A DNA stretch of 36,901 nt from a virus (lineage: Duplodnaviria; Caudoviricetes). The stretch spans positions 1 to 36,901 of IMG/VR virus record IMGVR_UViG_3300025782_000036. One strand, given 5' to 3'. The position numbers were made by a program, and so were the translations under genes. This document shows, piece by piece, positions 6,724 to 16,565 of the stretch. The notes below the pieces were generated by a model, which ran no database searches, was not told the DNA's origin, and saw nothing but the letters and a program-made list of their open reading frames with translations. Position 1 is the stretch's first letter. Each line of letters begins with the position of its first letter.

Positions 6724-7466
6724 GCTAAATGTTTGAGTTTTGCGTGAGGTATTACAGTACGAGTATCGGTTGAATGTGCGCCACAAGCCTTACATTGGTA
6801 ACGCTGGTAAGCACCTGTCGTAGTATAACGAAATCCTTTACTGACGAGATGAGGCTTTGAACAGGTAGGGCAAACAAATCCATCCCTGTCTTTCATCATG
6901 ATTGTCTTGTTTAAAGGCGTTTTAATCCAAGGCGTAAGGCGGTTATATAACTTTTCAAGCAATATCACATCCTGAATATTATATTCTTCCATTGTTTTCC
7001 AGGCTTTTTTATCGCCATTCATACATTTAACCCAAAGAATATGACCTTCATGGTCTTTCTTTTTGCCTAATCCCAGGCGTTGGGCCACATAATCTAATTT
7101 ATTGCTTGGGAATCTAAATTGGCTTTTAACAGTCCGCAAAAGGTCAATTTGTTTAATTGGTGGAGGCGGTGGCATTTTATGAACCAAAAACTCTTTATTT
7201 AGAGTCGGTATATCAAATTTTGAGCCATTGTAATGCACTACCGCATCGGCTTCACATAGCATGGCATGAACGCCCTCTAACATCTTTTTGGCATCGTTTC
7301 GATGAACTGAATCAAAGTAAACATCTTCCTCGCCTAGCCATTTAGCCGAGTAACACATCGTATATGAAGATTCTAATAACTGGGACAGTCCCACATTCTG
7401 TTGCCAAATACCCCAAACATGGGCTAAATTGGGTGAAGTTTCAATGTCAATCAACAGTATCTTCAA
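6720..7466 (-). CDS. RNase H-like DEDD 3'-5' exonuclease (YprB-like) with C-terminal Zn ribbon
   Basis: LIDIET, HYNGSKFDIP, YNIQDV, CPTC...CKAC; TTG start with AAGGGG RBS. Confidence 0.85.
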   Translation of the reverse strand: MKILLIDIETSPNLAHVWGIWQQNVGLSQLLESSYTMCYSAKWLGEEDVYFDSVHRNDAKKMLEGVHAMLCEADAVVHYNGSKFDIPTLNKEFLVHKMPPPPPIKQIDLLRTVKSQFRFPSNKLDYVAQRLGLGKKKDHEGHILWVKCMNGDKKAWKTMEEYNIQDVILLEKLYNRLTPWIKTPLNKTIMMKDRDGFVCPTCSKPHLVSKGFRYTTTGAYQRYQCKACGAHSTDTRTVIPHAKLKHLA

Positions 7467-7480
7467 GGTTTACCCCTTAT

Positions 7481-7493
7481 AATCAATAAGTTA
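7481..7493 (+). promoter_or_regulatory. IHF-consensus site
   Basis: AATCAATAAGTTA matches WATCAANNNNTTR; lies in a short divergent intergenic gap. Confidence 0.45.
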
Positions 7494-7513
7494 CTGAATA
7501 CTAACCTATCTAT

Positions 7514-7804
7514 ATGTCATTTGCTGTCAAAAAAACCGATAAAAATCAAGCGAATGTTGTAAAAGCGCTACGAGATTATGGTGCTGATGTTTATTCTTTG
7601 CATACCGTAGGTGGTGGCATCCCAGATTTACTAGTTTTGTTTGATGACCAAACTATTTTGATGGAAGTCAAAGATGGCGCAGATAAGAAACTAACTCCCC
7701 TGCAAATTAAGCTATTTGCCAACTGGAAAGGTGGGCATTTGTATCGGGTAAATTCTGTGCAAGAAGCTATCGAAGTGTTAAAATCCGTTGAACAGGAGAA
7801 ATAA
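7514..7804 (+). CDS. VRR-NUC/PD-(D/E)XK nuclease (resolvase-like)
   Basis: GIPDLLV...LMEVKD...LTPLQ. Confidence 0.8.
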   Translation: MSFAVKKTDKNQANVVKALRDYGADVYSLHTVGGGIPDLLVLFDDQTILMEVKDGADKKLTPLQIKLFANWKGGHLYRVNSVQEAIEVLKSVEQEK

Positions 7805-7806
7805 TC

Positions 7807-8043
7807 ATGCCTTTAGACAAATCTGGTAGCGCCAAAAGCGTAGGTAAAAACATTAAAGCTGAAGAAGCCGCAGGAAAGCCACGCAAACAAGCTGTGGCAA
7901 TCGCCCTAAATGTTGAACGAGATAACGCTAAAGGCAAGCGCAAAGCCAAGCTAGAAGAAGCCTACGGTAAGGTATTGGGCAAAAAAGAAGCCCAGCACAA
8001 AGATGCCGTAGAAATGTCAATGAAAAAGCACATGAAAGGCTAA
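7807..8043 (+). CDS. Small basic protein
   Basis: Lys-rich; AGGAG RBS. Confidence 0.75.
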   Translation: MPLDKSGSAKSVGKNIKAEEAAGKPRKQAVAIALNVERDNAKGKRKAKLEEAYGKVLGKKEAQHKDAVEMSMKKHMKG

Positions 8044-8044
8044 T

Positions 8045-8218
8045 ATGGCTAACTGGATTGCTGGCGCTATTAAGCATAAAGGCGCATTAAAGAAAGAATT
8101 AGGCGTTAAAGAGGGCGAAAAAATCCCTAAGAAAAAGCTAGAAGAAGCCACCAAAGCCAAAGGCAAAGAAGGCCGTAGAGCTAGATTGGCAATGGAACTA
8201 GAAAAGTTCAATAAATGA
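8045..8218 (+). CDS. Small basic protein (57 aa, MANWIAGAIKHKGALKKELGV...)
   Basis: Translated manually; ATGA overlap with 8215. Confidence 0.75.
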   Translation: MANWIAGAIKHKGALKKELGVKEGEKIPKKKLEEATKAKGKEGRRARLAMELEKFNK

Positions 8219-8484
8219 GTCGTAAAGACCAAATTCGTGCCGCAATGGATAAGCATGATAAACCCATTGCAAAGACCACCAAAGGCAAGAATAGACACTA
8301 TCTGCCCGCAAGTGAAGGCGCTGGTATGACCGCCAAAGGCAGAGCAGCCTATAACGCCAAGAACGGCAGTCATTTACAAGCCCCACAAGCAAGTGGTTCA
8401 AGACATGACAGTTTTTGCGCTAGGTCTAAAGGATGGACTGGCGAAAGAGGTAAAGCAGCTAGAGCGAGGTGGCATTGTGCCTAA
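8215..8484 (+). CDS. Small basic protein
   Basis: GAGMTAKGRAAYN...SFCARSKG...RARWHC. Confidence 0.75.
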   Translation: MSRKDQIRAAMDKHDKPIAKTTKGKNRHYLPASEGAGMTAKGRAAYNAKNGSHLQAPQASGSRHDSFCARSKGWTGERGKAARARWHCA

Positions 8485-8659
8485 CGGTTTATACGCCAAT
8501 ATTCACGCCAAACAAGAGCGCATTAAGCATGGCTCAGGCGAAAAGATGCGTAAGCCTGGTCAAAAGGGTGCGCCTAGTGCTGAAGCATTTAAAGAGTCGG
8601 CAAAGACCGCCAAAAAACCCCGCAGAAAACACATTGAAGAAGCTATGAAGGATATGTAA
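8477..8659 (+). CDS. Small basic protein (GTG start, MPNGLYANIHAKQERIK...)
   Basis: GAGGT RBS before GTG; Lys-rich. Confidence 0.7.
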   Translation: MPNGLYANIHAKQERIKHGSGEKMRKPGQKGAPSAEAFKESAKTAKKPRRKHIEEAMKDM

Positions 8660-8892
8660 TGGAACACATGAACCGCAAATACAAAAAAGAGGATGCCATG
8701 TTGCGCCCTCATACCGAATCTACCTTAGAGAAGAACCAAGCCAAGCGTAGAAAAGACAAACCAGCGCCAGAAATGGAAGCAGGTAAAGGCAATATTCTTA
8801 TCGAGAAAGAGAATAAACGAGCCAAACGCAGAGAAATGCTTGATAAGGCGATGACTGCTGCGATGAAAAAAGAAGGCAAAGACCCTTACTAA
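8659..8892 (+). CDS. Small basic protein
   Basis: Lys/Arg-rich; TAATG overlap. Confidence 0.7.
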   Translation: MEHMNRKYKKEDAMLRPHTESTLEKNQAKRRKDKPAPEMEAGKGNILIEKENKRAKRREMLDKAMTAAMKKEGKDPY

Positions 8893-8918
8893 AATCTGTT
8901 GTAGAATAAAGTCTTACA

Positions 8919-8931
8919 AATCAATTACTTG
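8919..8931 (+). promoter_or_regulatory. IHF-consensus site upstream of the terminase small subunit
   Basis: AATCAATTACTTG matches WATCAANNNNTTR. Confidence 0.45.
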
Positions 8932-8938
8932 AGAATGT

Positions 8939-9268
8939 ATGGACAATAAAGTGTCGAAATCTGTAGAAAAGAACTTAAACAGGGCTGGAAGAAAGCCAGG
9001 AGTGCCTAATAAAGCCACTCAGGAGGCTCGTGAAGCCGTTAAAGCTATTCTTGATAGCAACCTACCTTATATTCAATCGTGGATTCAAAGCACCGCAGAA
9101 GGCATCTTTGACGATAAGACTGGAAAGTGGATTGTTCAACCTAATCCTGCAAAGGCTTGTGAGATTGTTCAGAATTTAGTTGAATACTCTGTGCCTAAAC
9201 TAGCCCGCACAGAAGTAGTGGGTGATGAGAAAGCTCCTCAACGCTTGGTGGTGTCTTGGAAGAAATAG
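8939..9268 (+). CDS. terS: Terminase small subunit (putative)
   Basis: GRKPGVPNKAT...PKLARTEVVG; directly before terL. Confidence 0.7.
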   Translation: MDNKVSKSVEKNLNRAGRKPGVPNKATQEAREAVKAILDSNLPYIQSWIQSTAEGIFDDKTGKWIVQPNPAKACEIVQNLVEYSVPKLARTEVVGDEKAPQRLVVSWKK

Positions 9269-10608
9269 TCCAAGAGGTAGAACTAGACTACCAACCTCGT
9301 GATGTATTCCTAGATTTCCACGATAGAACTCAGCGTTGGGCTGTGATTGTTGCCCATCGTAGATGCGGTAAAACCGTCTCTTGCATCAATGATTTAATCT
9401 ATAAAGCACTAATTGAGGGCAAAGATGATGGTCGCTATGCCTATGTTGCACCATATTACAGCCAAGCAAAGAATATCGCATGGGACTACCTGTTAAGGTT
9501 TAGTCAGCCAGTATTGGCTAAAGCCAATCAATCTGAACTATGGGTGGAACTAATAAATGGAGCAAGAATTCGTCTCTTTGGCGCTGATAATCCTGATGCT
9601 TTACGAGGTCTTTACCTCGATGGGATTGTGTTAGATGAGTATGCAGATATGCGCCCTCGTATTTGGGGCGAGATTATTCGGCCTTTGCTGGCAGACAGAC
9701 TTGGATGGGCAGTTTTCATTGGAACGCCTAAAGGTCATAATGCTTTCTGGGAGCTATACAACACCGCTTCTAACGACACAAACTGGTATTGCAAGACCCT
9801 AAGGGCTAGTCAGACTGGATTGTTGGCTAAGTCAGAGCTTGATGACGCTGCCAAATCCATGACGCAAGACCAATATCTGCAAGAGTTTGAGTGCGACTTT
9901 GAGTCAGCCATCATTGGTGCTTACTATGGTAAAGAGATGCGCCAGCTTACTGATTTGAATAGGATTACCAATGTCGAGCATGACCCAATGTATAAAGTAT
10001 TTACAAGCTGGGACTTGGGGTATAGCGATGACACCTCAATCTGGTGGTGGCAAGTCATTCGTGGCGAAGTCAGATTCCTTGAATATCATGGAAGCAATGG
10101 TCAGCCTGTCAGTTTCTATACAGGACTCATTCAAAGTAAAGCTGCCGAGTTTGACTATCAATATGGGCTACATTATCTGCCCCACGATGCAAGAGCAAAA
10201 ACACTAGCATCTGGCGGAAAGTCAATAATTGAGCAACTTTCTGCTAAAATTCCGTTAGAATCTATGAAAATAGTGCCGAATTTGTCACTTCAAGACGGAA
10301 TCCAAGCAACTCGTATGTTATTGATGCGGTCTTGGTTTGATAGCGAAAGGTGTAATGATGGAATCGAAAGCCTCAGACAATATCAGCGAGAGTATGACGA
10401 TGATAGAAAGGTTTTTAGAGACAAGCCTCGGCACGATTGGACTAGCCATGCTGCAGACGCATTTAGGATGGCTGCGGTGGCTTGGCGAGAGGAAGAAAGA
10501 ATCATGACCAAAGATGACCCAATTAAAGGGTTATTTGTGGGCGAAACTGATGTAACTTTAAATGATATGTGGAAGCAACCAGCAACCACCAACAACAGGA
10601 GAATCTAA
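9256..10608 (+). CDS. terL: Terminase large subunit
   Basis: HRRCGKT Walker A, GIVLDE Walker B, FIGTPKG, WDLGYSD, HDWTSHAADAFR. Confidence 0.95.
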   Translation: MEEIVQEVELDYQPRDVFLDFHDRTQRWAVIVAHRRCGKTVSCINDLIYKALIEGKDDGRYAYVAPYYSQAKNIAWDYLLRFSQPVLAKANQSELWVELINGARIRLFGADNPDALRGLYLDGIVLDEYADMRPRIWGEIIRPLLADRLGWAVFIGTPKGHNAFWELYNTASNDTNWYCKTLRASQTGLLAKSELDDAAKSMTQDQYLQEFECDFESAIIGAYYGKEMRQLTDLNRITNVEHDPMYKVFTSWDLGYSDDTSIWWWQVIRGEVRFLEYHGSNGQPVSFYTGLIQSKAAEFDYQYGLHYLPHDARAKTLASGGKSIIEQLSAKIPLESMKIVPNLSLQDGIQATRMLLMRSWFDSERCNDGIESLRQYQREYDDDRKVFRDKPRHDWTSHAADAFRMAAVAWREEERIMTKDDPIKGLFVGETDVTLNDMWKQPATTNNRRI

Positions 10609-10911
10609 ATGTCTGGCATCCAACTTCCTTACGGAACAACCTACGAATATGTTGCACCATCGACTACTGCTCAAGTTATGGGCAATGTGGGTGCAGCAGG
10701 AGATGTTTTAGTTCGTGTTATTGCTACTGTAACCACATCTTCAACAAGCACTTTAACCATTATTGATGGCTCTACATCAATTCCATTGATTCCTGCTAAT
10801 GCAGCATTAGGTGTTTATTCATTAACCGTTGAAGCCCAATCGTTAAATGGCGCATGGAAAATCACAACTGGCGCTGGTGTTAGCGCAGTAGTAGTCGGAA
10901 ACTTCTCATAA
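10609..10911 (+). CDS. Hypothetical beta-rich (structural?) protein
   Basis: AGGAG RBS; lies between terL and portal. Confidence 0.7.
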   Translation: MSGIQLPYGTTYEYVAPSTTAQVMGNVGAAGDVLVRVIATVTTSSTSTLTIIDGSTSIPLIPANAALGVYSLTVEAQSLNGAWKITTGAGVSAVVVGNFS

Positions 10912-10919
10912 GGCTTTAT

Positions 10920-13262
10920 ATGTCCGAATTGCGAGCAGAAGTATCACATACCTACTCAGATTGGTATGACAAGATTATGGCCTATGAAAGGTCATTTAAA
11001 CTTTGGGAAGCAAGAGTCGATAAGATTCTGAAGAAATATAAAGACGACAGCCGCAATAAAACCAATCCTAATGCTCGCTTTAATATCCTTTGGTCAAATG
11101 TCCAGACGATTAGCCCTGCTATCTTTGCTCGCCTACCACGCCCTGATGTAAGCCGTAGATTCAGAGATAACGACCCTATTGGTCGTGTAGCATCAATGAT
11201 GCTAGAAAGAGCTTTAGAGTTTGAGATTGAGCATTATGGTGACTATCTAGCCGCCATGAAGAACTGCGTTACAGACCGTCTATTGGGTGGTCGTGGCACA
11301 GCATGGGTTCGTTATGAGCCACATTTCAGAGCAAAAGCAGAAAAATTGCCTGAGGATGGTTTTGAGATTACCGAAGTAACTGACACCAAGCAAGCCTATG
11401 ACCCAAGCTATGTTAATGGCGAAGGTGATGTAGGCAAACCTCTTGAGGGCGAGATGCCTGAGGAGAATATGCTTGATGAGCCAGGCGAAGTCGAAGAAGA
11501 AATTGAGTACGAATGTTGCCCAGTTGATTATGTTCATTGGCGTGATTTCGGTCATACCGTTGCTCGTACATGGGAAGAAGTCACCGCAGTATGGCGCAAG
11601 GTTTATATGAACCGCACCGCATTGGTAGAGCGCTTTGGCGAAGAACTCGGTCATCAGATTCCCCTTGACACCAAGCCAGAGCAGACAGGTAAGTCATACA
11701 CTAAGAATGACGACCAAGCCTACCAAGCAATGATTTACGAGATTTGGGATGCCGAAACAGGCAAAGTCCTATGGATTAGCAAATCACTCGGCAAAATCCT
11801 TGATGAGCGTGATGACCCATTAGAACTTGAGAACTTCTGGCCTTGCCCAAAACCACTCTACGCTACGATTACTACCGATAGCCTTGAACCAATCCCTGAT
11901 TTCACCATTTACCAAGACCAAGCTCGTGAACTTGATGACCTATGTGACCGTATTGACGGCTTGATTGGGGCGCTAAAGATTCGTGGTTTATACGATGCCA
12001 GCGCATCTGAGCTACAGCGCTTATTTTCCGAAGGCAATGAGTCCAATGTCTTGATTCCTGTCAAAAACTGGATGGCATTTGCTGAGAAACAAGGCTTAAA
12101 AGGCGCATTAGACCTTGTTGATATTGCCCCATTTGCCCAAGCATTGATGTCTTGCTATCAGGCGATGGAGCAAGTTAAAGGTCAAATCTACGAATTGATG
12201 GGTATTGCCGATATTCAGCGTGGTCAAACCGACCCTAATGAGACTTTGGGCGCACAAATTATCAAATCCAACAACGCTGCTGGTCGCCTAAAGACCATGC
12301 AACACGCAGTCGTATCATTTGCTACCGAGTTATTGGCTATCAAATCCCAGATTATCTGCAAGCACTTCACCGAAGATACGATTGTTAAGATTTCTGGCGC
12401 AATGCAACTATCGGATAACGATAAACAGTTGATTCCACAGGCAATGGCGTTGCTCAAAGACGAAGTCAGTAAGAATTTCCGCATTGAAGTCACCACAGAC
12501 TCAATGATTTACCAAGATGAAATGCAAGAAAAGCAAGACCGCATGGAGTTCTTGTCATCTATTGGTGGATTTATGGAAAAAGCCATTCCTGCTGCCCAAG
12601 CAAGCCCAGAATTAACGCCATTATTGATGGAAATGCTCAAGTTTGCTACTACAGCGTTCAAAGCTGGTAAAGGATTAGAGGGATTGATTGACGAAACTGC
12701 CGATAAATTCCGTCAGCAAGCCAAACAAATGGAAGGTCAGCCTAAGCCACTTCCAATGGCAGTCCAAATCGAGCAAATGAAGATGCAAGCTAAGGCTCAA
12801 GAGCTACAAATTCAGAATCAGCTAGAAATGCAGAAGCTACAAGCTGAGAATGAGTTGGAAAAGGCTAAACAAGAATATCAAGCCCAAGAAAATCAGCTTA
12901 AATTCCAGTTAGAAGCTGCTCGCAACCAAGCTGATATTGAAATGCAAGCCAAATTAGCCCAAATGAAGATGAACATGGAGCGCAATACACAAGTCTTGCT
13001 TGCCCACATTAACAATGGCGCTAAGATTGAAGTAGCTCGTATTTCTGCGGCAGATGACAATGGCGAAACCGCTTATATGACCGAGGAAGCAATGGCTCAA
13101 TCAATGGAGCATCCTTTAGCCCCATTAGCCAATGCTATTACCCAAAGCAATCAGGAAATGGTCAATCAAATAAGCAGTTTAGTTGATACAATTAACCAAA
13201 ATCACAATAGGCCAAAGCAAGTAGTTCGTGGCCCAGACGGTAAAATCCAAGGAGTTATCTAA
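10920..13262 (+). CDS. Portal protein, podovirus type with long C-terminal helical barrel
   Basis: 780 aa after terL; Q/E-rich coiled-coil C-terminus. Confidence 0.85.
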   Translation: MSELRAEVSHTYSDWYDKIMAYERSFKLWEARVDKILKKYKDDSRNKTNPNARFNILWSNVQTISPAIFARLPRPDVSRRFRDNDPIGRVASMMLERALEFEIEHYGDYLAAMKNCVTDRLLGGRGTAWVRYEPHFRAKAEKLPEDGFEITEVTDTKQAYDPSYVNGEGDVGKPLEGEMPEENMLDEPGEVEEEIEYECCPVDYVHWRDFGHTVARTWEEVTAVWRKVYMNRTALVERFGEELGHQIPLDTKPEQTGKSYTKNDDQAYQAMIYEIWDAETGKVLWISKSLGKILDERDDPLELENFWPCPKPLYATITTDSLEPIPDFTIYQDQARELDDLCDRIDGLIGALKIRGLYDASASELQRLFSEGNESNVLIPVKNWMAFAEKQGLKGALDLVDIAPFAQALMSCYQAMEQVKGQIYELMGIADIQRGQTDPNETLGAQIIKSNNAAGRLKTMQHAVVSFATELLAIKSQIICKHFTEDTIVKISGAMQLSDNDKQLIPQAMALLKDEVSKNFRIEVTTDSMIYQDEMQEKQDRMEFLSSIGGFMEKAIPAAQASPELTPLLMEMLKFATTAFKAGKGLEGLIDETADKFRQQAKQMEGQPKPLPMAVQIEQMKMQAKAQELQIQNQLEMQKLQAENELEKAKQEYQAQENQLKFQLEAARNQADIEMQAKLAQMKMNMERNTQVLLAHINNGAKIEVARISAADDNGETAYMTEEAMAQSMEHPLAPLANAITQSNQEMVNQISSLVDTINQNHNRPKQVVRGPDGKIQGVI

Positions 13263-13666
13263 TGGCATCAAATCTTAAGTATTCCAACGGCACAAGAGAT
13301 GCCCAACAACAAGGTCTAATTACCTATGCTGGCTCAGGCTCTATTATCAATATCTACGCTGGCTCACAACCTGCTAATGCCAATACCGCAATTAGCGGAC
13401 AAACCCTTTTGGTTCAGTTGGTCGTATCTGGTAGCTTTGGTACTGACTCTAACGGCACTATCACTTTGGGAAGTGTAACCAACGGCACAGCAGTCGGCAC
13501 AGGCACAGCATCGTTCTTCCGCATCACCAAAGCTGACGGCACAACCGTAGTCATGGATGGTTCTGTAGGATTGACTGGATGCGATATGAACTTGAACAAC
13601 ACCTCTATTGACGCAACACAGGTAGTCAGCATCTCCTCAGGTACGATTATCCGAGCTAACCAATAA
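13262..13666 (+). CDS. Virion structural protein
   Basis: G/T/S-rich; precedes the fibre gene. Confidence 0.65.
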   Translation: MASNLKYSNGTRDAQQQGLITYAGSGSIINIYAGSQPANANTAISGQTLLVQLVVSGSFGTDSNGTITLGSVTNGTAVGTGTASFFRITKADGTTVVMDGSVGLTGCDMNLNNTSIDATQVVSISSGTIIRANQ

Positions 13667-13675
13667 GGCTAAATC

Positions 13676-15718
13676 ATGGCTCTAATCATTAAAGATAGAG
13701 TCCAGGAAACTAGCACAACTAGCGGAACTGGTACTTTAACCCTTGCTGGCGCTGTAACAGGCTATCAGTCATTTGGCTCTGCCATTGGCAATGGCAATAC
13801 CACTTATTATGGTATTTACGCCAACGGTTACGCTGACTGGGAAGTCGGTATCGGTACGGTTACGGTTACAGGTGGCACGACCACATTGGCTAGAACTACT
13901 GTATTGGCATCGTCTAACGCTGGTTCTTTAGTGAATTTTAGTGGCGCACAGTTATCTGTTTGGGGCGATATGCCAGCCGCTAAAGGTGCATATTTTGACC
14001 TTAATGGCAATATAACGACTAACTGCTTATTCGAAGGTTTTACAAGCCAAGCAGCAAGTGGCACGACTATTACATTAACTGCTTCATCAGTCCAAAATTG
14101 GACAATTACTGGCTCTGGCGGTCAGACCATTCAGTTACCTGATGCCACCACTTTGCCTAATGGTGCGTTATTCACATTCAATAACAATCAATCCTCAGGC
14201 ACGATTGTCGTCAAAAATAACTCTGGCACAACCGTATGCACAACCCAGTCGGGCGCATTTATTTCTGTAACTTTATTAAGCAATTCGATTGCTGCTGGTT
14301 CGTGGGATTACCATAATGTCGCACCAAGCAATGCAAGCTGGAGTACCAATACGCTTTCTTGGGCTGGTTCTTATACCAATGGCACATGGAATGGCAATGT
14401 CATTACAGGCGCTTATGGTGGCACAGGAATTAACAACGGAACAAATACCCTGACTTTAAGCGGTTCATATACTCTTAATCAATCCGTATCCTCTGGCGCA
14501 GCGCCTAGCTTTGTAGGCACAAACTTTAGCTCTATTCCTAATGGCGCATTGACAAATAGCTCAATCACCATTAACGGCAATGTGACCGCTTTAGGCGGTT
14601 CTGTCAGCGTAGGAACAGTCACAAGCGTTAGCGGTACAGCACCAGTAGTATCTAGCGGTGGTTCTACCCCTACCATTAGTATGGCTGCTGCCAATACCAC
14701 CACAAATGGTTATTTGACCAGTACCGATTGGAATACCTTTAATAACAAACAGCCCGCAGGTAGTTATTTAACATCGGTAACAGCAGATGCCCCATTATCG
14801 GGTTCAGGTACAAGCGGCAGTCATTTGGTTATTTCGCAATCTTCTGCGACCACAAATGGCTATCTTTCATCAACTGACTGGAACACTTTTAACAATAAGC
14901 AACCAGCAGGTTCATATTTAACTGCGGTAACGGCAAGTAGCCCATTATCAGGCTCAGGCACTTCTGGAAGCCCATTAGTTATTTCACAAGCCACAACCAG
15001 CACGAATGGCTATTTAAGCTCTACTGATTGGAACACTTTTAACAATAAAGGCTCTGGAACAGTAACCTCTATTACTTCAACTACTTTAACTGTAGCTGGC
15101 ACAAGCGCCATTCCTACCGTTAATTTGACTTCAGGTATTGTGACTGCTGGCACAACAGGCTCTAGCCTTTTAATTCCTGTTGTTACAGTAGATACTTATG
15201 GTCGTGTTACAACTATTACAACCGCCTCAAACCCACAAGGTACGGTAACTAGCGTAAGCGGCACAGGCACAGTCAATGGTATTACATTAACTGGTACAGT
15301 AAGTTCTAGCGGAAGTTTGACGCTTGGTGGCACATTATCAAATGTCAGCCTTGCAACACAAGTAACAGGAAACTTGCCAGTAACTAACCTAAATAGCGGT
15401 ACTGCGGCATCATCTAGCACTTATTGGCGTGGGGATGGCACATGGGCAACAGTAACAGCTTCTGCTGCTGGCTCAAACACCCAAATTCAATACAATAACA
15501 GCGGTGCTTTTGGCGCTTCTTCTGCATTTACTTTTGACGGCACGACCAATACTGCACCTATTCAAAATGCAAGTTATGGTTTCCATACAAACCCAACGAC
15601 CATAGCTACAAGTTACACCATTCCAAGCAACTACAATGCTATGTCTGCTGGCAAAGTCACTATTAACACAGGAGTCACCGTTACAGTTTCGACTGGTAGC
15701 CGCTGGGTGGTAGTCTAA
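13676..15718 (+). CDS. Ser/Thr/Gly-rich fibre protein with internal repeats
   Basis: [14 protein letters not shown]-terminus; three [13 protein letters not shown] repeats; ends [11 protein letters not shown]. Confidence 0.75.
   Translation: MALIIKDRVQETSTTSGTGTLTLAGAVTGYQSFGSAIGNGNTTYYGIYANGYADWEVGIGTVTVTGGTTTLARTTVLASSNAGSLVNFSGAQLSVWGDMPAAKGAYFDLNGNITTNCLFEGFTSQAASGTTITLTASSVQNWTITGSGGQTIQLPDATTLPNGALFTFNNNQSSGTIVVKNNSGTTVCTTQSGAFISVTLLSNSIAAGSWDYHNVAPSNASWSTNTLSWAGSYTNGTWNGNVITGAYGGTGINNGTNTLTLSGSYTLNQSVSSGAAPSFVGTNFSSIPNGALTNSSITINGNVTALGGSVSVGTVTSVSGTAPVVSSGGSTPTISMAAANTTTNGYLTSTDWNTFNNKQPAGSYLTSVTADAPLSGSGTSGSHLVISQSSATTNGYLSSTDWNTFNNKQPAGSYLTAVTASSPLSGSGTSGSPLVISQATTSTNGYLSSTDWNTFNNKGSGTVTSITSTTLTVAGTSAIPTVNLTSGIVTAGTTGSSLLIPVVTVDTYGRVTTITTASNPQGTVTSVSGTGTVNGITLTGTVSSSGSLTLGGTLSNVSLATQVTGNLPVTNLNSGTAASSSTYWRGDGTWATVTASAAGSNTQIQYNNSGAFGASSAFTFDGTTNTAPIQNASYGFHTNPTTIATSYTIPSNYNAMSAGKVTINTGVTVTVSTGSRWVVV
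14700..15050 (+). repeat. Tandem coding repeat, 150-bp period
   Basis: cacaaatggt, cacaaatggc, cacgaatggc at 14701, 14851, 15001; mostly synonymous divergence. Confidence 0.85.
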
Positions 15719-15719
15719 A

Positions 15720-16565
15720 ATGCTGGGTTTTAACCCCATATCAAACCAGCCAATATCGGATATAGCCCTTCCGATAATTACTGGCACGATTTCAGTTACA
15801 GATAACAACGATTCTGCGACCCTAACAGGTCAAGTTCTTGTTACAGGCAATATATCAACCACCGATGGTACTGATACTTGCACGATTTACGCCCAAGAAC
15901 TCGTTTCTGGCTACATTTACACCACCGATAACAACGATTCAGCCACTTTAACTGGTTCTGTAGCGGTTTCTGGTGCTATTTCGGCAACAGATGGTACGGA
16001 TTCGGCAACATTTACCGCACAGAACCTTGTAAGCGCCTATATCAGCGCTACAGATGGCACAGATACAGCGACATTTACTGCCCAAGCGTTAGAAACAGCG
16101 CAAATCTACACGATTGACGACAACGATACCGCTTTATTCATTGGTTATGTAACGCCTGGCACAAATACCAAAGATACCCATGACGGTGGCATCAGCAAGC
16201 GTGACTACGAAAGACTGCGGGCTTTAGAGCGCAAGCGCCTTGCTGCCGAACAAAGATTAATTGAGGCTCGCAAAGCTGATAGCGCATCTCGCAAAAAGAA
16301 ATTTAGGGATTTGATTGACCCTGTTGTAAGCAAGCAACAAAAAAATAAACTACAATCAAAACAAGAGATTAGGATTGATACACCGTCAGTCGAAGTCACA
16401 CGCATAGAAGCGGTTATCGCCAATCTTGATAGACAAGAAAAGGAATTACAACAAGCGATAGCCCACAAGAAAGTATTAGCAGAAACCCTTACTGCTCTTG
16501 CAATCTTAGACGCTAAATTCAAAGCCGAACAGGATGACGAAGAAGCTCTATTAATGCTCTTATGA
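15720..16565 (+). CDS. Repeat protein (about six TD(G/N)(T/N)D repeats) with charged helical C-terminus
   Basis: ISVTDNNDSATLT, ISTTDGTDTCTI, ISATDGTDSATFT and similar. Confidence 0.65.
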   Translation: MLGFNPISNQPISDIALPIITGTISVTDNNDSATLTGQVLVTGNISTTDGTDTCTIYAQELVSGYIYTTDNNDSATLTGSVAVSGAISATDGTDSATFTAQNLVSAYISATDGTDTATFTAQALETAQIYTIDDNDTALFIGYVTPGTNTKDTHDGGISKRDYERLRALERKRLAAEQRLIEARKADSASRKKKFRDLIDPVVSKQQKNKLQSKQEIRIDTPSVEVTRIEAVIANLDRQEKELQQAIAHKKVLAETLTALAILDAKFKAEQDDEEALLMLL

